Shown: piece after piece, positions 18,540-26,907 of the stretch | How positions within the stretch are numbered: position 1 is the stretch's first letter | Layout of the letters: each line of letters starts with the position of its first letter | Origin: Acidimicrobiia bacterium | Lineage (GTDB): Bacteria > Actinomycetota > Acidimicrobiia > Spongiisociales > ZC4RG35 | Reading direction: 5' to 3' | NCBI GenBank assembly: GCA_040905925.1 | Contig: JBBDQO010000018.1 | Span: 1-55,649 of the forward strand | Length of the DNA stretch: 55,649 bases | Notes under the pieces: model-generated | The model's input: the letters and a program-made list of their open reading frames with translations, nothing else | Databases searched by the model: none | What the model was told of the DNA's origin: nothing | Program-made: the position numbers and the translations under genes

Positions 18540-19067
18540 GTGACCGGACAGCGCCGAATCGACACCGTCCTCCAGCCCGAGTACCTCGCCGACCTCGGGA
18601 CGCTCGACCTCGACGAGTTGAGGGCGCGGCGAGACACTGCAGAGGACGTTGAGACCCAAATCTCCTATTACCGCCGTCTGCTACATGGCCGTATGGACTT
18701 GTTGAACTTCGAGCTCCGTCGTCGCACCGGTGAGGAGGAACGGTCACTTCTCGACGCGCTTCCTGAGATCCTCGCCGCCGGGATGACTCTCGGCTCCGAG
18801 CCAAACCTCCGCTATATCGACGTGATGCCTCCGTTGCCGGCAACCACCGGCCGGCGTCTCATCGACAAGATCATGGACGACGGGATACTCACCCAGCTCC
18901 CCGAGTTGTCCGACGAAGAGGTTGACGAGTCCTTGGAGCGGCTCCGAGAAGTGGAAGCCGAGTTGTCGACACAGCGAAAGCAGCTGCACAGTGTCATCGA
19001 CGCACTCCAGGACGAGATCGTCGCCCGCTACCGGAGCCAACAGGGCCAGGCACAGGTCTCCGGATAG
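18540..19067 (+). CDS. RsiG-like coiled-coil protein with two ExxxSxxRxxxHxxxD motifs
   Basis: GTG 18540 lies 11 nt after the peptidase stop. Motif 1 is ETQISYYRRLLHGRMD (18651-18698). Motif 2 is EAELSTQRKQLHSVID (18954-19001). Confidence 0.6.
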   Translation: MTGQRRIDTVLQPEYLADLGTLDLDELRARRDTAEDVETQISYYRRLLHGRMDLLNFELRRRTGEEERSLLDALPEILAAGMTLGSEPNLRYIDVMPPLPATTGRRLIDKIMDDGILTQLPELSDEEVDESLERLREVEAELSTQRKQLHSVIDALQDEIVARYRSQQGQAQVSG

Positions 19068-19070
19068 GCC

Positions 19071-20018
19071 TTGTTAGCCGCAAAGACCCGCTCGGGTCTG
19101 GTCGAAACGCTCCACGACGGTGCGGTGGCGGTGGTGTCCGCGGATGGGGATTTGATCGCTTGGTCCGGGGACATCGACCGGCCTTACTACCTTCGATCGG
19201 CCGCCAAGCCGTTTCAGGCGGCGGTGGCCCAGCAAGCAGGCGCCCTGCTCCGCCCGGTCGAGTTGGCGGTCGCGGCCGGATCCCACGACGGTCATCCGGT
19301 CCACGTTGCCCTGGTTGAGTCGATGCTCCATACGGTCGGGCTCGACGCTTCGGATCTTCGTTGCCCGGCGAGCTGGCCGCTCTCCTCGGACGCCGAGCGA
19401 CGACTTGCCCGCGAAGGTCATGTCTCACCTCGCCCCCTCTGGCACAACTGCTCGGGCAAACATGCCGCCTGGTTGCGGGCGACCCGTGCCCAGGGCTGGT
19501 CAACCGAGAGCTATCTGGCGCCAGATCATCCGATCCAACAACTGATCACCGAAATGGTGAGCGACCTCGGGCAGCACAGAGCGGACCCGGTCGGCATCGA
19601 CGGATGCGGCGCTCCCGTGTTGCGGACGACAACTCGGGTGATGGCTCTCCTCTATGCGATGCTCTCTCATCACCCCGCTCTGCGGCCGGTCTTCATCTCC
19701 ATGCACCGCTATCCGGCGCTGGTCTCCGGGACGGGCCAGGGTGACACCACCATCGCCGTCACCATGAATGCCGTGGCCAAGAGGGGCGCGGAAGGTTGTA
19801 TGGGAGTTGCTCTCGAGCGGAGGCTCGGAATCGCGGTCAAGTCGTGGGACGGTCTGCAGACGGTCGCCACCGTAGGTGCGGCGGCTGCCCTCGACGCACT
19901 CGGAGAGCCCTCTGCCTACGTAGCCGATCAGATCGCCACGATCGGGCGGCCCAAGATCATGGGTGGCGACGTACAGGTCGGCGAGTTGGAGCCGAGGGTC
20001 GAGATGCGATGGGCGTGA
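19071..20018 (+). CDS. Asparaginase II family (PF06089-like) protein
   Basis: YYLRSAAKPFQA, HNCSGKHAAWL, DGCGAP and AKRGAEG. Confidence 0.75.
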   Translation: MLAAKTRSGLVETLHDGAVAVVSADGDLIAWSGDIDRPYYLRSAAKPFQAAVAQQAGALLRPVELAVAAGSHDGHPVHVALVESMLHTVGLDASDLRCPASWPLSSDAERRLAREGHVSPRPLWHNCSGKHAAWLRATRAQGWSTESYLAPDHPIQQLITEMVSDLGQHRADPVGIDGCGAPVLRTTTRVMALLYAMLSHHPALRPVFISMHRYPALVSGTGQGDTTIAVTMNAVAKRGAEGCMGVALERRLGIAVKSWDGLQTVATVGAAAALDALGEPSAYVADQIATIGRPKIMGGDVQVGELEPRVEMRWA

Positions 20019-20908
20019 GCGGAACTACCTCTCCTTGGCTGGCTCTGGAGGACGCCGGTCCTCCGGCCGACGAGTTCGTCGGCCCTTTTCCGCTGGCAGG
20101 GTTCATCGCGGCCTGGTGGTCTCATCTCGGCGGCGGGGAGCCGCTGATCGTCGAGAGTGGCAGGTCGAAGCTCCCCCTCACCGCTGATTCTCAGATGCTT
20201 CGTATCGCCGGTGACGCCGACCTCACCGACTACCACAGCCCGCTCGGCGACGAGGTCGAGCAACTTGGCACCCAGCTCGGAGCGATGGTGGCGGAGGGAT
20301 TTAGCGTCTCCCTGGATTCCCTACCCGAAGCCTCGGCTACGCGCTTGGTGTCCGGTCTTGCCGCCACCGGCCTGGACGTGACAGCCCGACCTGACGTAGT
20401 AGTCACGGTGATCGAATCGACTCCCGGCGTCGATTACCTGGCGACGCTCGGCAAGCGGCACCGACACGAGGTGAGGAGGAAGCGACGCCGCTACGAGGAA
20501 CAGATCGGGCCGGTCATCGTCGACACCGACCGCGATGGAGCCTTCGACAGGTTCGCCGAACTTCATCGAATGTCACCAGGTCGCAAAGGGCGGTTCATGA
20601 TCGATGAGCGCGAGGAGTTCTTTCGCTCTCTCTACAGCCAGCCCGGGTGGCGGGTCGACGAGTTGTTCGCCGGTGGGAGAGTTGTGGCCGCCCTCTTCGG
20701 ATTCTCAGAGGGGGCCACCTATTACCTGTACAACAGCGCCCACGACAGCGAGCTCGCCGAGGCGTCGCCCGGCATCGTCTTGCTCACTCACACCATCGAA
20801 CGCCTGGCTGGAGAAGGCGTCACCAGGTTCGACTTTCTCAAAGGTGACGAGGAATACAAGACTCGTCTCGGAGCTTCGCCTCGTCAGCTCTACCGGATCG
20901 AGGCCTGA
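20009..20908 (+). CDS. GNAT family acetyltransferase (Acetyltransf_6 / CelD-BioF2-like)
   Basis: ATG 20009 overlaps the upstream stop. Contains YYLYNSAHD...SPGIVLLTHTIE...FDFLKGDEEYKTRLGA. Confidence 0.7.
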   Translation: MGVSGTTSPWLALEDAGPPADEFVGPFPLAGFIAAWWSHLGGGEPLIVESGRSKLPLTADSQMLRIAGDADLTDYHSPLGDEVEQLGTQLGAMVAEGFSVSLDSLPEASATRLVSGLAATGLDVTARPDVVVTVIESTPGVDYLATLGKRHRHEVRRKRRRYEEQIGPVIVDTDRDGAFDRFAELHRMSPGRKGRFMIDEREEFFRSLYSQPGWRVDELFAGGRVVAALFGFSEGATYYLYNSAHDSELAEASPGIVLLTHTIERLAGEGVTRFDFLKGDEEYKTRLGASPRQLYRIEA

Positions 20909-22119
20909 TGGGCGATCATGTCGTCTTCCTATCACTGCACACCTGCCCCCTGGTGCAGCCCGGGCGGGGTTGGGCCGGTGGGATGAACGTCTACGTGGAC
21001 GAGCTGGCGCGGGCCATGGCCAGGGAGGGGATCGAGGTCGACGTATTCACGCGACGTCACGACCGTGAGGTGCCGGAGTCGATCACTGTCGAACCGGGCT
21101 TCTCCCTCCACCACGTGGAGGCAGGGCCGCCACGCGAGCTCGATCCCGGGCGCGCCCTCCGCTATCTAGGTATCTATGCCGACGCCGTGATCGACCGCAT
21201 GGGCTTCATGCGAGATGTCTGTCTGGTGCACAGCCACTACTGGCTTTCAGGCTGGGCAGGGTTGAGGATCAAGAGGCATTTCGGACTGCCCCACATTCAT
21301 TCGTCCCACACCCTGGGCCGGGTGAACGAGGCGCACCGGCGCGGAGACGAGACTCCGGAGCGTCTCATGAGAATCGCCGCCGAGCAGGAAGTGATCGAAG
21401 AGTCGGACGTCAACGTTGTCTCCGACACTTCGGAACGCGAGGACCTGATCACCCGGTATGGAGCCGATCCCAGCCGGATCTCGATCGTCGCCCCCGGGGT
21501 GGATCACGGTCTTTTCGTGCCCGGTGCCCGCGAGGCGGCGCGGATTCGTCTCGGATGGCCCGACGTCACCACCGTGCTCTATGTGGGGAGGATCCAACCT
21601 GTGAAAGGCCCCGATCTGGCGATCGAGGCCTTTGCGGAGATCACGAATCACATTGCGGACGCTCGCCTGGTGTTGGTGGGGGCCCCTTCAGGTGACGATG
21701 GCGCGCGGGAGATGGAACGGCTCCAGCGGATGGTGAAGCGATACGACCTGGGCCACCTGGTGACATTTGCCGAGCCGGTCCCTCATCGTGAGCTCGCTGA
21801 CGTCTATCGGGCCGCGGACGTGATCTTGGTCCCGTCGCGCAGCGAGTCGTTCGGGTTGGTCGCGGCCGAGGCGCAGGCATCGGGTGTGCCGGTGGTCGCC
21901 GCGTCGGTGGGCGGCCTCAGGACGGTGGTCGGTGAGGGGTCGGGCGGGGTCTTGGTCGGCGGTTGGGACCCCAACGTCTGGGCGGAGACGGCCCTCCAGG
22001 TGTTGATCGATCCAGTCTTGCGCTCGACGCTGGAGGACGCCGGTCCCCGATGGGCGGGACGTTTCTCGTGGGAGTCGACCGTGGCGGATCTCACCGCTAT
22101 CTATGGGGCCTTGACTTGA
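20908..22119 (+). CDS. mshA: GT4 glycosyltransferase, MshA-like (D-inositol-3-phosphate glycosyltransferase)
   Basis: LSLHTCPLVQPGRGWAGGMNVYVDELARAMAREGIEVDVFTRR and PSRSESFGLVAAEAQASGVPVVA. It is followed by a YbjN-like gene, as I recall for mycobacteria. Confidence 0.75.
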   Translation: MGDHVVFLSLHTCPLVQPGRGWAGGMNVYVDELARAMAREGIEVDVFTRRHDREVPESITVEPGFSLHHVEAGPPRELDPGRALRYLGIYADAVIDRMGFMRDVCLVHSHYWLSGWAGLRIKRHFGLPHIHSSHTLGRVNEAHRRGDETPERLMRIAAEQEVIEESDVNVVSDTSEREDLITRYGADPSRISIVAPGVDHGLFVPGAREAARIRLGWPDVTTVLYVGRIQPVKGPDLAIEAFAEITNHIADARLVLVGAPSGDDGAREMERLQRMVKRYDLGHLVTFAEPVPHRELADVYRAADVILVPSRSESFGLVAAEAQASGVPVVAASVGGLRTVVGEGSGGVLVGGWDPNVWAETALQVLIDPVLRSTLEDAGPRWAGRFSWESTVADLTAIYGALT

Positions 22120-22535
22120 GGGAGATCCTGGTGGCCCGGATCCGGCAATGGCTCGATGATCCGGACTCGAGTGTCGAGTACGCCGAGGAAGTGGAGGGTC
22201 GGTGGGCGGTCCGGATGCGGCAACAGGTTCGCGACACGACGACGGTCTGGTTCACGGTCCTGGAGCGAAGTCTGGATTATAAGGCCTATGTGATTCCGGT
22301 CCCGCCCCAGCCCGTGGAGGTCCTCCGCCAGGCGCTGATGCGCAACCAGCGGGCCTGGCGAGCGTTCTTCGCCATCGATGCGGAGGGGGATCTGCTGCTG
22401 CGAGGGCGGGTGCCCGCCGACCGGGTGACTCTGCTCGAGCTCGACCGTGTGCTTGGCGAGATCTACGAGACGATCGAGCTGTCGTTCCGCGCGATGGTGG
22501 GCGTCATCGTGGTGAGTCGCGAAAATTCTGGTTAG
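22116..22535 (+). CDS. YbjN-domain (putative chaperone-like) protein
   Basis: WAVRMRQQVRDTTTVWFTVLERSLDYKAYV...FFAIDAEGDLLLRGRVP. The start is uncertain (TTG 22116 or GTG 22131). Confidence 0.6.
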   Translation: MREILVARIRQWLDDPDSSVEYAEEVEGRWAVRMRQQVRDTTTVWFTVLERSLDYKAYVIPVPPQPVEVLRQALMRNQRAWRAFFAIDAEGDLLLRGRVPADRVTLLELDRVLGEIYETIELSFRAMVGVIVVSRENSG

Positions 22536-22810
22536 AAACTTGTGAACACTCGCTTGTTGACAAGCCCTGTGGATAACCCCGTTTGCTGTTGGTAACCGCC
22601 CCGGGACCACCCGTATTCACCCTGCTGACGATAGTCGGCGCTGTTTGATGATCTGTTGGGTCGTGGAGAGGGTTGTTGATCCGATGAGCTCGGATCCGTA
22701 GATTCGGGTCTGCGAACGCCCGAGAGGCAGTTCGGAGAAGCGTCCGTTCGGGGAAGTGCGGAGGAGGCTCCGAGAGGTCACTCGGGCGTCTCGCTGTTCC
22801 CCGCAACGGT

Positions 22811-23494
22811 TCAGTTATGGCAGAGCTGGCCGAAGCGACCGGCCTCGACACAGTTTCGACCGGGGACCACGGCCTTGTCCGGCCCCACGATCATCGTGGT
22901 CGTGGTTGTGGGGGCAACCGTGGTCGTAGTCGCAGCGGTGGTCGGCGTGTTGGTCGAGTCCGGCTTGGTGGTGTCGGGGCTCGAGGCTTCGGTGGTGCCC
23001 GGCGACTCGGAGACGGCGGTGGTGGTGGTGGTGGCGGGCGCCGGGGTCGATCCCTTCTTCATGAAGACGACCGTGACGTAGAGGTAACCGTCCTGGCTTC
23101 CGGTACCGATGCCGACGTAGTTGTAGTCACCCAGAATGTTGGCTTTGTGTCCCGGTGAGTTCATGAAGGCTTGGTGGAGGCTGCTCGCGCTCTGACCCTT
23201 GCCTACGTTCTCCCCCATCCTTTCCCATCCAGTTCCGCCGGCGGCACCGAGCTCGGCGCTGGACGAGTGGTAGATATCACCGGCGGCCATCATGTCGGCG
23301 GTGTGGTTTCTGGCGTGTGAGACGAGGCCGCCGTCGACAGAGAGGGGCCCCAGACCAGCGTCGGCCCGTGAGGCGTTGATCTGGGCGAGGAACTCGGCTT
23401 CGGTGCCCGAGTCGGCGCCCGCGGCCAGGCCGAGCCCGATGGTTGCCAGGGCGGCAACGAGCATAAGTGATGGCCAGCGCCTTTTCCCCGTCAT
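22811..23494 (-). CDS. Secreted CAP/SCP-domain protein with a Thr/Pro-rich tail
   Basis: Signal peptide, then NASRADAGLGPL...HARNHTADM...NVG...MNSPGHKANIL...YVGIG, followed by a TTTTAV...TTTT low-complexity tail. Confidence 0.8.
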   Translation of the reverse strand: MTGKRRWPSLMLVAALATIGLGLAAGADSGTEAEFLAQINASRADAGLGPLSVDGGLVSHARNHTADMMAAGDIYHSSSAELGAAGGTGWERMGENVGKGQSASSLHQAFMNSPGHKANILGDYNYVGIGTGSQDGYLYVTVVFMKKGSTPAPATTTTTAVSESPGTTEASSPDTTKPDSTNTPTTAATTTTVAPTTTTTMIVGPDKAVVPGRNCVEAGRFGQLCHN

Positions 23495-23556
23495 ATAGGG
23501 GTTATCGGCTCTCCCTCAGTGGGCTTTAACCACCGAGGGTGGGTGAGGAGGCGCCG

Positions 23557-24438
23557 TCAGATCCCGAACATCACCTCGCGGAGGCTGATCACACTCGATA
23601 CGAGGGTATCGGGGTCGAGCTTCATGGAACCCAGACGGAGGCCTTTCATCCCCTCGCCCCGGTTGGTCATGACCCGGAGCGCGTCCTCTTCGTGGATCAG
23701 GATCCCGAGCCCGAGACAGCCACCGCCCTCGTCCTGAACCCCGACCAGCACATGATGGAGACGCCCCAGGTTGAGACCCATCGGAAGCGTCGGCGCAAAC
23801 ACTGTGGGGCGGACCTTCCATCGTTCCAGGGGCGGGGCGAGTGCGGTAGCGAACAAGACAGTGCGCCGCTGGGCCCTCTCATCGGGTGAGACTGGGTTGA
23901 GATTGGGATCGCTGGGGGCGACCGTCACGTCGAGCCCGAGGAAACGGCGAAGCATCCCGACCACCGGTTCCATCTCTCCGCCTCTCTGCAGGGCGATCAC
24001 CTTGTCGGGTCGGCAAAGCTCGGCCTTGTGGTATTTGAGGGTCTCCCCGGCGACGCCGGACACCACTGCTGTCGTGTCGAGAATGACCAGGTCTGCCAGG
24101 CGTTTGGCGGCGTCGACCATCGCAGCAGTCGCCACCACCTGTTGCAGGACGAGCCGGGCCGGGGTGATCGTGCCCACGAAGTGCAGCTGGTCGGGGATGG
24201 CGACTTCGTCGATATCGCTCGGGGTCCGGATGATCTTGAGACCGACACACGCTGGCGGGCCTACCGTGGAGTTGCCGACATCGGCGTCGACCAGGGCAAC
24301 GGTTCTCCCGGCGGCCACAGCCAGCCGGGCCGCCTGGAGGGCCAGGGTCGTCTTTCCCGTGTCGACCCCGCCCATGAGCATCGCCACCTTGGCTCTCGAT
24401 ACTTCCCGGGCCAGTGTTTCGTTGCTCGGCTCGACCAT
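23557..24438 (-). CDS. Clp1/Grc3-like P-loop polynucleotide 5'-kinase family protein
   Basis: MLMGGVDTGKTTLA (Walker A) followed by VALVDADVGNSTVGPPACVGL, resembling the Clp1 DxDxGQ...PG block. Confidence 0.6.
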   Translation of the reverse strand: MVEPSNETLAREVSRAKVAMLMGGVDTGKTTLALQAARLAVAAGRTVALVDADVGNSTVGPPACVGLKIIRTPSDIDEVAIPDQLHFVGTITPARLVLQQVVATAAMVDAAKRLADLVILDTTAVVSGVAGETLKYHKAELCRPDKVIALQRGGEMEPVVGMLRRFLGLDVTVAPSDPNLNPVSPDERAQRRTVLFATALAPPLERWKVRPTVFAPTLPMGLNLGRLHHVLVGVQDEGGGCLGLGILIHEEDALRVMTNRGEGMKGLRLGSMKLDPDTLVSSVISLREVMFGI

Positions 24439-24516
24439 GACGCAATATACGCTGGTGCCGAGAACTCCCCGACCGCCCCACGGGGTCAGCGCGTCATTGG
24501 TCTAGCGTCAGTGCGA

Positions 24517-25341
24517 ATGTCGTTGCCGATCAGCTTTCTCTCCGACTACGGGCACAGCGACGAGTTCGTCGGAGTGGTCCACGGTGTGCTAGCGAAGCTG
24601 GCGCCCGATTCGCGGGTTATCGACATCACCCACAACACCCCTCGTGGTGACATCCGCTCCGGTGCGCTGCACCTGACGAGGGCCATCCAATACCTTCCCG
24701 AAGGAGTGGCGCTGGTGGTGGTCGACCCCGAGGTGGGCTCTGCCAGGAAGGCGCTGGCCGTTGCCACCGGTTGGGGGTTCTTCGTCGGTCCCGACAACGG
24801 GGTGCTGTCACCTGCCGTCGCCATGGTGGGCGGGGCCACCGAGATGGTGTCGATCGAGAACCCCGAAGCCATGATCCCGTCGCCCGGCGAGACGTTCCAT
24901 GGCCGGGACGTCTTCGCTCCGGCGGCGGCACTTCTCGCCTCGGGTGAGGCCGGTCTTGCCGACCTCGGGCCACCCATCACGCCAGACCAGGTGCGGCCAT
25001 TGCTGTTGCCTCTTCCCAAGGTGGATGGGTTGACCGTGTCCGGTGAGGCGTGGTGGGTGGACCATTTCGGCAACGTGCAAACCAATATCGGGCCTGACGA
25101 GTTGGCCTCGGTCGGCGTGCATCCTGGGACTGTTGTCACGCTCCGGATCGGGGCCGCGATTCATTCCATTCCCTGGGTGGGCGCCTATGCCGATGTGGCC
25201 AGTGGCGAGCCCCTGATCCATGTCGACTCCGCCGGTCTGATCGCCGTGGCTGTCCGCGAGGGTCGGGCCGACGAACTGCTCAACCTCGCCGACGGGGTGG
25301 CGGTCACGCTGGCGGGAAGAGGATCGCCCCCAATTGGATGA
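24517..25341 (+). CDS. SAM hydroxide adenosyltransferase family (DUF62, SalL/FlA-like fold)
   Basis: ISFLSDYGHSDEFVGVVHGVL...VIDITH...VVVDPEVGS...GPDNGVLS...FHGRDVFAP. Start is ATG 24517 (or GTG 24511). Confidence 0.8.
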   Translation: MSLPISFLSDYGHSDEFVGVVHGVLAKLAPDSRVIDITHNTPRGDIRSGALHLTRAIQYLPEGVALVVVDPEVGSARKALAVATGWGFFVGPDNGVLSPAVAMVGGATEMVSIENPEAMIPSPGETFHGRDVFAPAAALLASGEAGLADLGPPITPDQVRPLLLPLPKVDGLTVSGEAWWVDHFGNVQTNIGPDELASVGVHPGTVVTLRIGAAIHSIPWVGAYADVASGEPLIHVDSAGLIAVAVREGRADELLNLADGVAVTLAGRGSPPIG

Positions 25342-25472
25342 GGCCGGCGACCGCGAGCAGGACGAGCAGGATCACGATGATGATGGCGGTGGCGGGTCGC
25401 ACGAAGGGGCGAATCTACTGTTTCCTGAAGCACTCCCCTCCAGGGCTCGAGAGAAGAGTCACACAGAAAGAT

Positions 25473-25502
25473 GTCGGGGCCCCCATAAATGAGGGCCCCG
25501 AC
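25473..25502. other. Perfect 10-bp GC-rich hairpin in a 304-bp non-coding gap
   Basis: GTCGGGGCCC (25473-25482), a 10-nt loop, then GGGCCCCGAC (25493-25502). A T-rich run (ATCTTTCTGTGTG) follows only on the minus strand. Confidence 0.5.
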
Positions 25503-25645
25503 TACATGAAGAAGGGCTCCGTTACCGTGGGGCGGGCTGGGAGGCTATCCGTTCACACCTGGGACGAACGTGCCCTAGGCATGAGGGGAACGGTTTACCC
25601 TCCTTCCTGCATGCGCCCTCATTATCGACCACGGAGAGTGATATC

Positions 25646-25900
25646 TTGAGTCTTTTAGTGGTCAAGTTCCTCACCCGGCCCGGATGTCGTCTCTGCGATC
25701 AGGCCCGGCCCCTGCTGACCTCTGTAGCGCAAGGGTTGGGTGTGTCGGTCGAGGAGGTCGACATCGACTCCAGCCCCGCCCTGACCCGCGACTATGGGTT
25801 GAGGATCCCGGTGGTCCTCGGGCCCGACAATGAGGTTCTGGCCGAAGGCGAGATCAGGGATCGCAGGCTGCTGCGCTCGGCCCTGCGCAGACTGGCCTGA
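25646..25900 (+). CDS. Glutaredoxin-like (DUF836) thiol-disulfide protein
   Basis: 84 aa. VVKFLTRPGCRLCD (CxxC) with a thioredoxin-fold length. TTG start. Confidence 0.7.
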   Translation: MSLLVVKFLTRPGCRLCDQARPLLTSVAQGLGVSVEEVDIDSSPALTRDYGLRIPVVLGPDNEVLAEGEIRDRRLLRSALRRLA

Positions 25901-25902
25901 GC

Positions 25903-26907
25903 TCAGCCGGCCAGCGTCGTGGTCGTGACCGCCCCGTCTTCGGGGGGAGGGGCTCCTTCCTCCCCCTCGGGCCCCGGCTCCTCAGGGGCGACGCCACAAT
26001 CGACCAGGGCCTGATCAGGATCCTCCCCGCCAAAGCGCACTCTCTCGAAGGTGACCACTGCCGCCAGTTGCTCTTCGCTGAGAGAGGGGTGGGGAGGCAT
26101 GTCTGCGCCGCTGCCACGGAGCGGCTTGCCGGTGTCCCCATAGGTGGTCCGACCTGCCGCCTGGAAACCGCTCGTTCCGAGCCGCACCCACTCCATGTGA
26201 TCGGTGCAGGCCCCAAAGGTCGTCAGCACACCACTCAGAGCTGGTCCGACGCCTCCGCCACCGCTCGCGCCGTGACAAGCGGCGCAGGTGGCACCTTCCC
26301 CGTGGTAGATCCTGTCACCGAGTGCCACGTAGTCGATGCCACCACCACCTGCCCCCGAACCGGTGAACTCCGATCCGTCGCAGTTGACGATCTGCCCGCT
26401 CACGACGTCCGCCTGCAGCTCCGTGGCCTCGCCGCAGATGCCGGTTGCCGAGCCTCCGAGCGCGAATAGGGCAAACAGGGGGATGATCAACATCACCGCG
26501 GCCAGCCATCTGGGGAACACGAAATTCGTCCTCTCCCGGATCCCGGCGGTGGGCACAGTGACCACCTCGGGGAGATTGGCTGCTTCGGCCGCCGACACCT
26601 CCGCGGGAACCGGGGCTCGGGTAGTCACTCCGGGTGCAGCAGGCGGGACCTGAGGCGCCGGTGCCGTGGCCTCGGCCACCGGAGCCGCCGTCTCGGTGAC
26701 CGGTTCCGGTTCGGTTGGCGCCGCGGCTGCGGGCTCCTCGGTCGCGGGCAGAGGAGCTTCTCCGGCAACTGTCCCACCACCGGCCCAAGCAGTTAGGACT
26801 TCGTCGACGGTCATCTCGGTCGCGGTGGCGCGGGCGGCGGCCGAGCGTCGGACCAGGGCCTCGGGAACGCCCAGGGCGGCGGCTGCGGCGGCGACGAGAT
26901 CACTCAC
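25903..26907 (-). CDS. Membrane-anchored class I c-type cytochrome (CcoP-like, monoheme) with an N-terminal RSAxARA module
   Basis: CAACHGASGGG...GPAL...MPPHP. One TM segment (WLAAVMLIIPLFALFALGG). GTGA overlap with the upstream gene. Confidence 0.8.
   Translation of the reverse strand: MSDLVAAAAAALGVPEALVRRSAAARATATEMTVDEVLTAWAGGGTVAGEAPLPATEEPAAAAPTEPEPVTETAAPVAEATAPAPQVPPAAPGVTTRAPVPAEVSAAEAANLPEVVTVPTAGIRERTNFVFPRWLAAVMLIIPLFALFALGGSATGICGEATELQADVVSGQIVNCDGSEFTGSGAGGGGIDYVALGDRIYHGEGATCAACHGASGGGGVGPALSGVLTTFGACTDHMEWVRLGTSGFQAAGRTTYGDTGKPLRGSGADMPPHPSLSEEQLAAVVTFERVRFGGEDPDQALVDCGVAPEEPGPEGEEGAPPPEDGAVTTTTLAG

Noticed and set aside
22545-22570. Rex operator-like sequence TTGTGAAC-N8-GTTGACAA
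   Set aside because: The second half-site differs from the required TTCACAA. The spacing is longer than in the 18-bp Rex operator. The site lies between two convergent gene ends rather than in a promoter.
22536-22810. Possible c-di-AMP (ydaO-type) riboswitch. The minus strand contains ACCCGAAUC, GGGUGAAUAC and ACGGGGUUAUCCA, reminiscent of conserved ydaO blocks.
   Set aside because: The blocks occur in the reverse order relative to the canonical motif, and this is not a circular permutation. The region also lies downstream of both flanking genes, so it has nothing to regulate. I treated it as a chance resemblance pending a covariance-model search.
16164-25341. A functional link between the fluoride riboswitch/crcB locus and the DUF62 (fluorinase/chlorinase-fold) gene, hinting at organofluorine metabolism
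   Set aside because: The loci are about 7 kb apart, on different transcription units, and separated by unrelated genes. DUF62 proteins are mostly SAM hydrolases. No other fluorometabolite pathway genes are present.
25338-25649. 103-aa plus-strand ORF filling the DUF62/glutaredoxin-like gap
   Set aside because: It has no RBS. Its composition is Arg/Thr/Met-rich at the start and becomes AT-richer and non-coding-like later. It runs through the perfect hairpin.
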